55,553 nt of DNA from a virus, in IMG/VR virus record IMGVR_UViG_3300045988_070589, one strand, 5' to 3'. Below are positions 1 to 8,974 of this stretch, piece by piece (position 1 is the first letter of the stretch; each line of letters begins with the position of its first letter). The position numbers and the translations under genes were made by a program. The notes under the pieces are model-generated. The model was not told where the DNA came from. It made no database searches and saw only the letters and a program-made list of their open reading frames with translations.

Positions 1-99
1 CTTTTTTTTACTGAGGAGGCAGAGTGTAAGGGAGTGCAAGTAGCTTGTAAAGGGCGAAAGTGCTCTAATGTTTTTGAAGTGAAAATTAAATACGGACAA
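1..99. repeat. Terminal overlap, copy 1 (identical to 55455-55553)
   Basis: Exact 99-bp identity by direct comparison. Most simply explained as a circular-assembly overlap or terminal redundancy. Confidence 0.9.
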
Positions 100-111
100 C
101 AGATTAAGTAG
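1..111 (+). CDS. 3' part of a small zinc-ribbon ORF that spans the circular junction (starts at 55392)
   Basis: Frame 1 reads ...LFFTEEAECKGVQVACKGRKCSNVFEVKIKYGQQIK and stops at TAG 109-111. It continues the ORF that begins TTG 55392 after GGAGGTGG. Confidence 0.4.
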   Translation, partial: LFFTEEAECKGVQVACKGRKCSNVFEVKIKYGQQIK

Positions 112-154
112 TGCCATTATGAGCCGATAATCCATTGTTTGCCCTTAAAGTGAG

Positions 155-3100
155 GTGAAAACATTGGGCTATGATGGCACACTAAAATTTGATACCTCCA
201 TAGATTCTTCTGGATTCCAGGACGGTATCAGTAAAATTGGTTCCTGTGCTTCCACTGCATTAAAAGCTACAACTGCGATCATCGGAGGAGCGGCAACAGC
301 TGTAGTGGGGATCGGAACTGCGGCGATCAAAACCGGAGCAAACTTTGAATCGTCTATGTCCAATGTGGCAGCAATATCCGGAGCTACCGGGGATGAATTG
401 AAAAGCCTGACGGATAAAGCAAAAGAGATGGGTGCTAAAACGAAATTTAGTGCCTCTGAATCAGCGGATGCCTTTTCTTACATGGCAATGGCTGGATGGA
501 AAACCGCCGACATGCTAGACGGTATTGAAGGTATTATGAACCTGGCGGCTGCTTCCGGAGAGGATCTGGCAACAACCAGTGATATTGTTACCGATGCTTT
601 GACGGCTTTTGGGCTATCCGCATCGGATTCTACGCATTTTGCAGATATCCTGGCAAAAGCATCATCCAATGCCAACACCAACGTAGGCATGATGGGAGAG
701 ACATTTAAGTATGTTGCACCAGTTGCCGGAGCTCTTGGGTTCTCTGCGGAGGATTGTGCTACAGCAATCGGACTGATGGCTAACTCCGGAATTAAGGCGA
801 GCCAGGCAGGTACTTCTCTGCGAAGCATCTTTACCAGAATGGCGAAACCGACTAAGGAAGTCCAGGGAGCTATGGATGCCCTTGGAATATCTCTGACAAA
901 GAGTGACGGATCTATGAAATCTCTGAATGAGATCATGGTGGATCTGAGAAAAGGTTTCTCCGGACTGACACAAGATCAGAAAGCTCAAATGGCTGCCGCT
1001 TTAGGCGGACAGGAAGCAATGTCTGGATTGCTCGCAATCGTAAATGCTTCCGATGATGATTTTAACAAGCTATCGGATTCTATCGCAAACTGCGATGGTG
1101 CTGCCGCTGATATGGCGGAAACCATGAACGACAACCTGAGTGGACAAATTACGATCCTGAAATCAGGTTTAGAAGGTCTTGCTATTTCCTTGTACGAGGA
1201 GATGCAGACACCATTAAAAGATATCGTCAAAGAAGCCCAGACGATGGTCCAGGGACTGCAAGAGGCATTCAATGACGGTGGACTTGATTCCCTGGTAACA
1301 AAAGCCGGGGAAGTTATGACTCAGATCGTAACCGAGGTTGCACAAGCGGCACCGAAACTGATCGGAACTGCTGAAAACCTCGTAGGTTCCTTTATCCAGG
1401 GAATCGTAGATCACAAGAGCGAATTTGCGGCTGCCGGAGCAACGATGGTTGCGGAACTGGTACGTGCGATCATGGATGTTGCCGGGGACATGTGGTCGGC
1501 TGGAATTTATCTGTTTACGGAATTTCTCCAGGCGATGACAGACCATTCAGAAGAAATGGGACAGTCCTTCGGTGAAATGATAAGTAAAATTGGCGAGGCT
1601 GTTCAAACAAACTTGCCATTGATTATCCAGGCGGCAAAAGATTTTGTTGCCGGATTCTGCCAGGGGCTGAGTGAAGAGTTTCCTGGTGTTTCTGCTTTGC
1701 TGGATGGATTCTTCCAGGGATTTTTAGATACTGCCGGGGAAATTGTACAAGGTGTCGTAGATCTGATTGGAGATATTTTCTCCGTGATCGACAGCCAGGA
1801 TCCGGCTACCATGGAAGCGATCGGAAAAGCGATCGGAACCATTGCAGCGTCTATTGCGGCACTGAAAGTTGCTAAAGATGTTGTAGGATCAGTAAGCAGT
1901 CTTTTCTCTATCCTGAAAACATTCAAGGGTGGAGTTTCCGGAATTGTCGGAGTAGTAGGAAAAGCGGTTGAAGGGTTTGCCCTCTGGAAGGGCGGAGCAG
2001 GAACCCTGGGAGAAGTAATTGCATTAGAGTTCCCTAAACTGGCTGCCTTTGGAACAAAACTCAGCGGACTTGCTACAACAGCAGGATCCGTGATGACAAA
2101 GATCGGATCATTTATCGGCTCTGCGGTCTCTGCGATCGGAGAGTTTTTTGCTACCTTCGGAACAGTCATTGCCGGGGTAGGATCTATCATAGCTGGTGCG
2201 ATTCTTGCGGTCACAAATTTCATTGACATGTTCAAGAACGGATTCAGCATAATAAAAGATATCCTGATGGGAGTTGGAATTGCCCTGGCTGCGGTTGGAG
2301 CGGTAATTCTGGGAGCACCTGCACTGGTAGCGGCTGCGATTGCTGGAATTGTATTTGCGGTTGCAAATCTGGTTATCGTGATAAAGGAGCATTGGGATCA
2401 GATCGTTGAATTTATCCAGCAAATTCCATCAAAAATCGGTGAAATTGTAGATGCCGTGGTTGCCTGGTTCGAGGCTTTGCCTGGACGTATTTCTGAGTTC
2501 CTATCTCAGGTTATTTCGGGGATCCAGGAGTGGGGATCTAATTTACTGGAATCTGCATCACAAGTGGTAAGCACTGCGATTGATGCGATCGTGCAATTTT
2601 TTACAGATCTTCCATACAAGATCGGCTACGCCCTGGGATTTGTCATAGGGAAGCTGATTGAATTTGGTATAAATGCGGTCAACTGGGTAAAAACGAATGT
2701 TCCGATCATCATTGATAACATTGTTACATTTTTCAGTGAATTGCCAGGCAAGATCTGGACATGGCTCACGAATACCTATAACAATTTTGTTACCTGGGGA
2801 AGCAACATGCTCCAGAAAGCACGAGAAGCGGCACAGAACGTAATTGATACAGTTGTGACATTCTTCTCCGAATTACCAGGAAAGGTACAGCAATGGCTCC
2901 ATAACACGCTCCAGAACCTCGTTACATGGGGATCTAATATGCTGAGCAATGCCAGAACAGCTGCAAGCAACACGATCGCTACAATCGTGAACTTTTTCTC
3001 TCAGCTTCCAGGTAAGATCTGGACATGGCTGTGCAATACAGCATCAAAAGTAGTTTCCTGGGGATCAGATCTGATGTCCAAGGGACGTGAAGCGGCTAAT

Positions 3101-3652
3101 AAGCTGGTAAATGCTGTCCTGAACGGAGTAAGAAACTTACCGTCACAGATGATGTCGGTCGGACGAAATATCGTAACAGGTGTATGGAACGGAATCTGCA
3201 ATGCGGCTGGATGGTTCAGAAGTCAGGTTAGGAGCTTCTTCTCTGGAATTGTTGACGGAGTAAAAGGCGCTCTCGGAATACATTCTCCATCAAGAGTATT
3301 CGCAAAAGAAGTCGGACGATGGATCCCACCTGGCGTTGGTGTTGGTATCGAAGATTCCATGCCGGATCTGGAGAAACAGACGGACAAAGAAATGGAGGCC
3401 CTTGCGGATAGGATGCAGGCGGCAGTAAATGTCGAAACCGGAAAGATTACACTGGATAAGAATACAAGCCAGACATACAAAGTTGAACAGGAAAACGGAC
3501 AATCATTCGTTGAAAGCAAAACTGAGGTTGTAATCGAAGGGGAGACGCATGTACACGTTGACCTGGACGAAAAGGAGATAGGTCACGCAACAACACCTAT
3601 CGTAGATAAAGATATGGGTAGAATAGACACCCATAAAAAGAGAGGGGGTTAA
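155..3652 (+). CDS. Tail tape measure protein (TP901-type core)
   Basis: 1165 aa. N-terminal motif block SNVAAISGATGDELKSLTDKAKEMGAKTKFSASESADAFSYMAMAGW is typical of tape-measure cores. Gly/Ala-rich hydrophobic middle and 44-aa repeats. Located after the chaperone genes and before Dit. The exact start (GTG 155 or TTG 164) is uncertain. Confidence 0.9.
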   Translation: MKTLGYDGTLKFDTSIDSSGFQDGISKIGSCASTALKATTAIIGGAATAVVGIGTAAIKTGANFESSMSNVAAISGATGDELKSLTDKAKEMGAKTKFSASESADAFSYMAMAGWKTADMLDGIEGIMNLAAASGEDLATTSDIVTDALTAFGLSASDSTHFADILAKASSNANTNVGMMGETFKYVAPVAGALGFSAEDCATAIGLMANSGIKASQAGTSLRSIFTRMAKPTKEVQGAMDALGISLTKSDGSMKSLNEIMVDLRKGFSGLTQDQKAQMAAALGGQEAMSGLLAIVNASDDDFNKLSDSIANCDGAAADMAETMNDNLSGQITILKSGLEGLAISLYEEMQTPLKDIVKEAQTMVQGLQEAFNDGGLDSLVTKAGEVMTQIVTEVAQAAPKLIGTAENLVGSFIQGIVDHKSEFAAAGATMVAELVRAIMDVAGDMWSAGIYLFTEFLQAMTDHSEEMGQSFGEMISKIGEAVQTNLPLIIQAAKDFVAGFCQGLSEEFPGVSALLDGFFQGFLDTAGEIVQGVVDLIGDIFSVIDSQDPATMEAIGKAIGTIAASIAALKVAKDVVGSVSSLFSILKTFKGGVSGIVGVVGKAVEGFALWKGGAGTLGEVIALEFPKLAAFGTKLSGLATTAGSVMTKIGSFIGSAVSAIGEFFATFGTVIAGVGSIIAGAILAVTNFIDMFKNGFSIIKDILMGVGIALAAVGAVILGAPALVAAAIAGIVFAVANLVIVIKEHWDQIVEFIQQIPSKIGEIVDAVVAWFEALPGRISEFLSQVISGIQEWGSNLLESASQVVSTAIDAIVQFFTDLPYKIGYALGFVIGKLIEFGINAVNWVKTNVPIIIDNIVTFFSELPGKIWTWLTNTYNNFVTWGSNMLQKAREAAQNVIDTVVTFFSELPGKVQQWLHNTLQNLVTWGSNMLSNARTAASNTIATIVNFFSQLPGKIWTWLCNTASKVVSWGSDLMSKGREAANKLVNAVLNGVRNLPSQMMSVGRNIVTGVWNGICNAAGWFRSQVRSFFSGIVDGVKGALGIHSPSRVFAKEVGRWIPPGVGVGIEDSMPDLEKQTDKEMEALADRMQAAVNVETGKITLDKNTSQTYKVEQENGQSFVESKTEVVIEGETHVHVDLDEKEIGHATTPIVDKDMGRIDTHKKRGG
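2465..3124 (+). repeat. About five tandem 132-nt (44-aa) in-frame repeats inside the tape measure gene
   Basis: Repeats FFSELPGKIWTWLTNTYNNFVTWGSNML / FFSELPGKVQQWLHNTLQNLVTWGSNML / FFSQLPGKIWTWLCNTASKVVSWGSDLM start at 2729, 2861 and 2993. More degenerate copies start near 2465 and 2597. Confidence 0.8.
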
Positions 3653-3655
3653 TGA

Positions 3656-4375
3656 ATGCCAGTAAAAGTAACGGGCGTGTCTTTCGATGGCGCCCATTCA
3701 TATAATGACTGGGGATTGAAGCTGAAAAGCGTGTCTATCGGAGTTCCGAAAGCAAAGACGGTATACGTTAGTGTAAATGGCATGAATGGATCCCTGGATC
3801 TGACAGAAGCTCAAAATGGTGGCGTAGTGTATGAAATGCGAACACTGAAATTTACATTTGACGCCAGAGATTGCAGCTACATCCGCTGGACTGGACTAAT
3901 CAGCAGAATTGCGGGAGCGATCGAGGGGAAGGAAAGGCGGATCATCCTGGATGTCGATTCCGGCTATTATTATACCGGACGGTGTCATATTGACACTAAG
4001 AAAACTAATGAGGAGCTTGCGGAAATCAGTATTGAATGTACGTGCGATCCTTATAAGCTGGATGTCACATCTTCCAATGAACCGTGGAAATGGGACACGT
4101 TCAGCTTTATAGATGGAGTGATCCGGAATACTTCAGACATTGACATCAACAGTCTGACATCCTGGAAAGAGATAATCCTGGACGGATATCCGTATAACGA
4201 TACGCTGAAAATTATTTCAAACGCCTCAATGAAAGTAAAATACAGAAACGGAACGTATGATATATACGCCGGAGAAAATATCATGTATGACATTGAACTT
4301 TACGAGGGAGAGAATAAGCTGTACTTCCAAGGTAAAGGAAAAATAACAATCGTTCACAGAGGAGGTATGTTGTAA
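3656..4375 (+). CDS. Distal tail protein (Dit-like)
   Basis: 239 aa, immediately after the tape measure gene. The N-terminus VKVTGVSFDGAHSYNDWGLKLKSVSIGVPKAK resembles the siphovirus tail (Dit) family. Confidence 0.7.
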   Translation: MPVKVTGVSFDGAHSYNDWGLKLKSVSIGVPKAKTVYVSVNGMNGSLDLTEAQNGGVVYEMRTLKFTFDARDCSYIRWTGLISRIAGAIEGKERRIILDVDSGYYYTGRCHIDTKKTNEELAEISIECTCDPYKLDVTSSNEPWKWDTFSFIDGVIRNTSDIDINSLTSWKEIILDGYPYNDTLKIISNASMKVKYRNGTYDIYAGENIMYDIELYEGENKLYFQGKGKITIVHRGGML

Positions 4376-7300
4376 ATGTATACAATTAAGGCTTTTGTGG
4401 ATGGGAAAGAGTACATGATCCATAACCCACGGGTTAAGGCACTAATAGTCGGGGATCCCTACTACCAGAAGGGAGATAATGTGAACGGGCAGGCTGAGTT
4501 TTCAGTCTACCCGACACACCCGTATTACCAGTACGTGAAAAAGCTCACTACTGACATTGTTTTCTACAAAGATGGAGTAGAAAAATTTGCTGGGCGAGTT
4601 CTCTATGATGACGAAGATTCCAAGGGTGTTAAGAAAGTATTCGTCGAAGGAGAACTTGCCTATTTTTGCGACAGCATTCAGAGACCGACAGTGTATCATA
4701 ATATTTCGGTCAAGAATTACCTGAAAACGGTAATTGACAATCACAATTCCCAAGTTGAGGAGCGAAAGCAATTCACACTGGGACGTGTATCGGTTACGGA
4801 TCCAAACGATTCCCTATATCGGTACGCTAACTGGGAGACTACCAGAGAAACCCTAAAAGATAAGCTGGTAGACAGACTGGGAGGGCATCTTGTAATCCGG
4901 AAAGAGGACGGTATCCGCTACCTGGATTATCTGAACGATGATGAATTTTATACCCAGAACAGCCAGGAGATCAGGTTCGGAAAGAATTTGCTTGATTATT
5001 CTAAAAACATGGACGCTTCCGACCTAGTAACGTGCGTTATCCCTCTGGGGGCGAAATTGGAGGAATCCAGCATTGAAGGCCTGGAAGAGAGACTGACAAT
5101 CAAAGAAGTGAACGGGGGCGTTGATTACGTCTCTGATGACAGTGCAGTAGCAGCTTACGGAAGAATCTACAAGACCGTTACGTGGGATGATGTAAAAGTA
5201 GCATCAAACCTGATGAAAAAAGGACGGGAATATCTGAAAAGCGTACAGTTTGAGAATATGGTCCTTGAATTGAAAGCTATTGATCTGAATCTGACGGATG
5301 ATGATATCCAGGAGTTCGAGGTCGGAGATCTGATTCGCTGTGTTTCTCCTCCACATGGGCTTGATTCAAAATTGCCATTGTCAAGCCTGAAAGTATATAT
5401 TAGCAATTTTGCTAAGAATACCATTACATTAGGCACGGAAAAACAGAGCAATACCTACACATCCTCAAATAGCCATACAGCCGAGGAAATAGAAAAGACT
5501 ATAAATTCTATACCGAGCAAAGGAGAAATCCTCCAGGAGGCGTTACGGGACGCTACGAACCTATTAAACGACATGAACCAGAATGGTAATGCGATCCACA
5601 CAAAAAATGAGTTCATTGTCTCAGATACTCCAGGAGTAGCCAACGCAAAGAACCTCTGGAGATGGGGGCTGGGCGGACTTGCTCACTACAGTAATGGATA
5701 TGACGGTCCGGCTGACGGAGTAGCACTCACGATGGATGGTAAGATCAACGGAAAGATGGTTATGGCAAACAGCATCGTGGCAGAATCCATAGATGCAGGC
5801 TACCGAACTTCCGTGGAGAAGAAGATCTCTGAAAGTGAAACGGCTGCGAAAGAACATGCAGACAATTCCGTAAGAGTAGCCCGTGAGGAGATAGAGAACT
5901 CCATAACCAACATGGAGAACAAAATCGCACTGTCTGTAAGGAGTGTGAAAGAAACAGTTGCCAGAAAGAACTACATTGCCGGAGGAGAGCAGGAAACGCT
6001 CGATATCGGCAAATTTACGTTGTCTGGAGCAACCGGAAATTGCAAGATTGAAAAATCAGAGTTCCGGAACACGAAAGCATTCAAGCTAACTTTTACTGGA
6101 TCCGGATCAGTAACACTGACACAAAGCCTGGGAATCCTGGAAGCTGGAAAATACAAGATTGCTGTTGAAGCAGCATATCCGGAAGGATCGAAGTACCGAC
6201 CTTCCTACATCCAGTATGGATTTTCAGAGAACAAAACCACCTCGTACCTGAGTGGATATAATCCGGATGAATTTAATGCTTTTAGCAAGGAAGTACAGAT
6301 TACCAGGGCGTCAAAATCTGTGGCAGTGACAGTATATGGATATTCCGAATCTGTGCTGTACATAACGGACATTCGCTGTCTCAGGGATATGCAAGAGCTT
6401 CTGGATGACATAGACGCCAAACTGGAGGTCGAAGTTGGGAAAGTAGCTGCATCGGTCAAAGAAGTATATACCAATGTTCAACACGATTACTGCCAGAACG
6501 GCAGTTTTTCTGATTCTGAGGACGCTTTCAAAAACTGGTACAGATCAAATACAACATACATCACGAAAGTTCAGGATGGATCGAAGAACTGGGCGTTGTT
6601 GGATCGAGAGACACAGACATCCAGCTATTACCTGAGACAAATTGTAAAAGTTCCAAAAGCAGGCCCATTTACAGTGAGATTCAAGGCAAAGTGCGGAGAA
6701 GGTCAGACATCACGGATCCGGATCTATTTTGCCGGAACCAATAAGTACACAGATGCCGGAAGCGTAACAGAAACGTATAAAACTTTTGAGTTGGAGTTCG
6801 ATAATGTAACTGCCAATTCTTGGTACTTCTATGTTTACAACTATACTTCCGGAACAAAAGTTTATATCACGGATATTGAGATCCTGGGGTATATCTCAGG
6901 ATATTCGGAAAGCCAGCTTCAAGTGCTGAAAGATTCTATCGAATCCGAGGTGTCAAGAGCTACCACCGGAGAAGAAAAACTTTCTTCGTCGATCAAGCAA
7001 AACGCCACAGCTATTACCTCAAAGGTAAGCAAAGGAGAAATGGGATCTTACGTCACACAGTATTACAACAACGTGATTATAGCTTTCAATAAAAACTCAA
7101 AATACGTGCAGATCAACCCAGGAGAAATTGCTATTTACAATTATGGAGTAGAGAACTCTAAGAAACGTGCTGTATTCGATGAAACGGGTAATCACTTTTA
7201 CAGAGATGGGTATTATGTCGGAACGATCGGCACAAACCAGTGGTCAAGGAACAATGCTCATAAGGGATTAGTGTTCGATTTGGAACCACAAGGAAAGTAT

Positions 7301-7588
7301 ATGGCATTTGCTCAAAAAGCAAGTTCCTCAGCAACTTCCTACACTACTATGTTGTGTTTTAGCCGAGCAAACAGTATTTACGATGAATATGGAGTGAATA
7401 TGGGATGCAATTTGATTGGAAACTGGTATACATTGAAAAATTTCAAAATTGGAAGCATATCAGCAGGAGGATATACGGCTTTTAGCGGAGCGATACCGAT
7501 TGTGTGCGAAATAACAAACAATGGCAATGGCTGGACGTATTCTCATTTGAGAGTATACAACGGAATTATTGTCGGCTACTGGAATTAG
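4376..7588 (+). CDS. Tail-associated (Tal-like) baseplate/tail-tip protein with C-terminal carbohydrate-binding-like modules
   Basis: 1070 aa following Dit. The N-terminal third resembles the prophage-tail/Tal family (…LVIRKEDGIRYLDYLNDDEF…VTCVIPLGAKLEE…). The C-terminal part is beta-rich. Confidence 0.7.
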   Translation: MYTIKAFVDGKEYMIHNPRVKALIVGDPYYQKGDNVNGQAEFSVYPTHPYYQYVKKLTTDIVFYKDGVEKFAGRVLYDDEDSKGVKKVFVEGELAYFCDSIQRPTVYHNISVKNYLKTVIDNHNSQVEERKQFTLGRVSVTDPNDSLYRYANWETTRETLKDKLVDRLGGHLVIRKEDGIRYLDYLNDDEFYTQNSQEIRFGKNLLDYSKNMDASDLVTCVIPLGAKLEESSIEGLEERLTIKEVNGGVDYVSDDSAVAAYGRIYKTVTWDDVKVASNLMKKGREYLKSVQFENMVLELKAIDLNLTDDDIQEFEVGDLIRCVSPPHGLDSKLPLSSLKVYISNFAKNTITLGTEKQSNTYTSSNSHTAEEIEKTINSIPSKGEILQEALRDATNLLNDMNQNGNAIHTKNEFIVSDTPGVANAKNLWRWGLGGLAHYSNGYDGPADGVALTMDGKINGKMVMANSIVAESIDAGYRTSVEKKISESETAAKEHADNSVRVAREEIENSITNMENKIALSVRSVKETVARKNYIAGGEQETLDIGKFTLSGATGNCKIEKSEFRNTKAFKLTFTGSGSVTLTQSLGILEAGKYKIAVEAAYPEGSKYRPSYIQYGFSENKTTSYLSGYNPDEFNAFSKEVQITRASKSVAVTVYGYSESVLYITDIRCLRDMQELLDDIDAKLEVEVGKVAASVKEVYTNVQHDYCQNGSFSDSEDAFKNWYRSNTTYITKVQDGSKNWALLDRETQTSSYYLRQIVKVPKAGPFTVRFKAKCGEGQTSRIRIYFAGTNKYTDAGSVTETYKTFELEFDNVTANSWYFYVYNYTSGTKVYITDIEILGYISGYSESQLQVLKDSIESEVSRATTGEEKLSSSIKQNATAITSKVSKGEMGSYVTQYYNNVIIAFNKNSKYVQINPGEIAIYNYGVENSKKRAVFDETGNHFYRDGYYVGTIGTNQWSRNNAHKGLVFDLEPQGKYMAFAQKASSSATSYTTMLCFSRANSIYDEYGVNMGCNLIGNWYTLKNFKIGSISAGGYTAFSGAIPIVCEITNNGNGWTYSHLRVYNGIIVGYWN

Positions 7589-7599
7589 GAGGTGAGAGC

Positions 7600-7731
7600 A
7601 TGGAACTTATTTTTCCAAAAGGTGAAGAACCTAAAAAAACAGCAAAAAACAGTGTAGCTGTAGGAACCATCAAAAGAGAGCAGGAGGTAGAAAAAGATGG
7701 AAGAGAGAAAGAAACCAACCAGACCGTTTAG
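7600..7731 (+). CDS. Small hypothetical ORF (43 aa)
   Basis: ATG 7600 sits 7 nt after GGAGGTG. It overlaps the start of the next ORF in another frame. Coding status is uncertain. Confidence 0.3.
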   Translation: MELIFPKGEEPKKTAKNSVAVGTIKREQEVEKDGREKETNQTV

Positions 7732-8107
7732 CGTGATTTATGCAGATGCAAAACAAGCTCTGACAAGGCAGGTTGGAAATACAATGGCGGCTTACGGGCT
7801 GCCTATTTTCATGGCAGAAGGAATCCTGAGTGGAATCCTGGCTGAGATCCGAACTAATGCCGGAAATGAGTTGGCAGACGATACCGCAAGGTATGAGGAA
7901 GAACTAAAGGAGTATTACGAAGCCCAGACTAAAGAGATGCAAGAGACTTTTGAAAAAGAGAAAGCTGACCTGATCCAGGCTTTTGAAAACCCGGTCGATC
8001 CGGAGGATCCTGGAGAGACTCCCAGTGCAGAACCGGATCCGGAACCACAGACCACAGAAGAGAAACAGTGCATTGAAGAGGAGACTGAAATCGAGGAGGT
8101 GGACTAA
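7697..8107 (+). CDS. Hypothetical acidic protein in the tail module
   Basis: AGGAGG RBS before ATG 7697. 136 aa with a Glu/Pro-rich C-terminus. Confidence 0.6.
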   Translation: MEERKKPTRPFSVIYADAKQALTRQVGNTMAAYGLPIFMAEGILSGILAEIRTNAGNELADDTARYEEELKEYYEAQTKEMQETFEKEKADLIQAFENPVDPEDPGETPSAEPDPEPQTTEEKQCIEEETEIEEVD

Positions 8108-8962
8108 ATGGCAGATATCTCTCAAGAGGTTGAACAGCTGAGAAACGCTGAATACGGGGAAGAAGTACGAAGTGCCTTTATTTCCTGCATGGAAAAGATA
8201 CATGAAGAAAACGAGAGTTACAATAACATCAAGACCGAAGTTGCAAAATCAGCTGCTACCATGAAACAGCAGGTGGAGGCGATCAACACGAAGTCTGCAG
8301 AAGTCCAGAAAGCATTGCAGGATCTGACAACTGCTATCTCGAACGGGAAAACCCAGCAGACAGCTCTTGAGACCGCCACAAAGAACGGGAAAACCCAGCA
8401 GACAAACCTTGAAAACGTCACGAAATCGGCAAAAACCCAGCAGACTGCGACCGAGACTGCCACAAAGAACGGAAAAAGCCAGGAAACGGCATTACAGAAA
8501 GTTGTAGACAATGCGAAACAGATTGATTCTGCGATCCAGACATCAGTAAGTGCTGCGAACGCTGCGGCTGCAAATGCAAACCAGGCAACTTCCCTTGCTT
8601 CTGCAGCAGCTGGATCTGCGAACCAGGCGGCATCTACAGCAAATACGGCTGCCGGAAATGCAGATAAAGCTACGAAAGCGGCGAATGAAGCTGAGAAAGC
8701 TCGTGCCAATGCTGAAAGCTCCAGAGTGAGGGCGGAGGAGGCAAGATCCCAGGCTGAGACAGCTCGCACCAATGCCGAGACTGCCCGTGCTAATTCGGAA
8801 ACTACCAGAAATCAGAATGAAGAGAAAAGGCAGGCAGATACAGCAGATGCCATTGCCAAGGCAAAAGAAGCCACAGAGTTACTTGTCAACCAAGCCAATA
8901 CCATTGCGTTCCGGATCAACGAGAGCGATAGTGGTCTTGACGTTGTTATTTTAAGTGCATAG
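8108..8962 (+). CDS. Fibre-like coiled-coil/Ala-rich repeat protein (tail fibre or upper baseplate component)
   Basis: GAGGAGG RBS. Contains 14-aa tandem repeats (NGKTQQTALETATK x4) followed by a long Ala/Asn/Glu-rich coiled coil. Located in the tail module. Confidence 0.6.
   Translation: MADISQEVEQLRNAEYGEEVRSAFISCMEKIHEENESYNNIKTEVAKSAATMKQQVEAINTKSAEVQKALQDLTTAISNGKTQQTALETATKNGKTQQTNLENVTKSAKTQQTATETATKNGKSQETALQKVVDNAKQIDSAIQTSVSAANAAAANANQATSLASAAAGSANQAASTANTAAGNADKATKAANEAEKARANAESSRVRAEEARSQAETARTNAETARANSETTRNQNEEKRQADTADAIAKAKEATELLVNQANTIAFRINESDSGLDVVILSA
8342..8509 (+). repeat. Four tandem 42-nt in-frame repeats
   Basis: Units start at 8342, 8384, 8426 and 8468 (aacgggaaaacccagcagac...). 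Confidence 0.85.
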
Positions 8963-8974
8963 GAGGTAAGTTAA

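Noticed and set aside
7697-8107. Possible Avd accessory protein for the DGR (also considered: 12254-12952).
   Set aside because: 7697-8107 is strongly acidic with a Pro/Glu-rich tail, whereas Avd is basic. 12254-12952 matches a DUF4376-like fibre-associated pattern and is too large.
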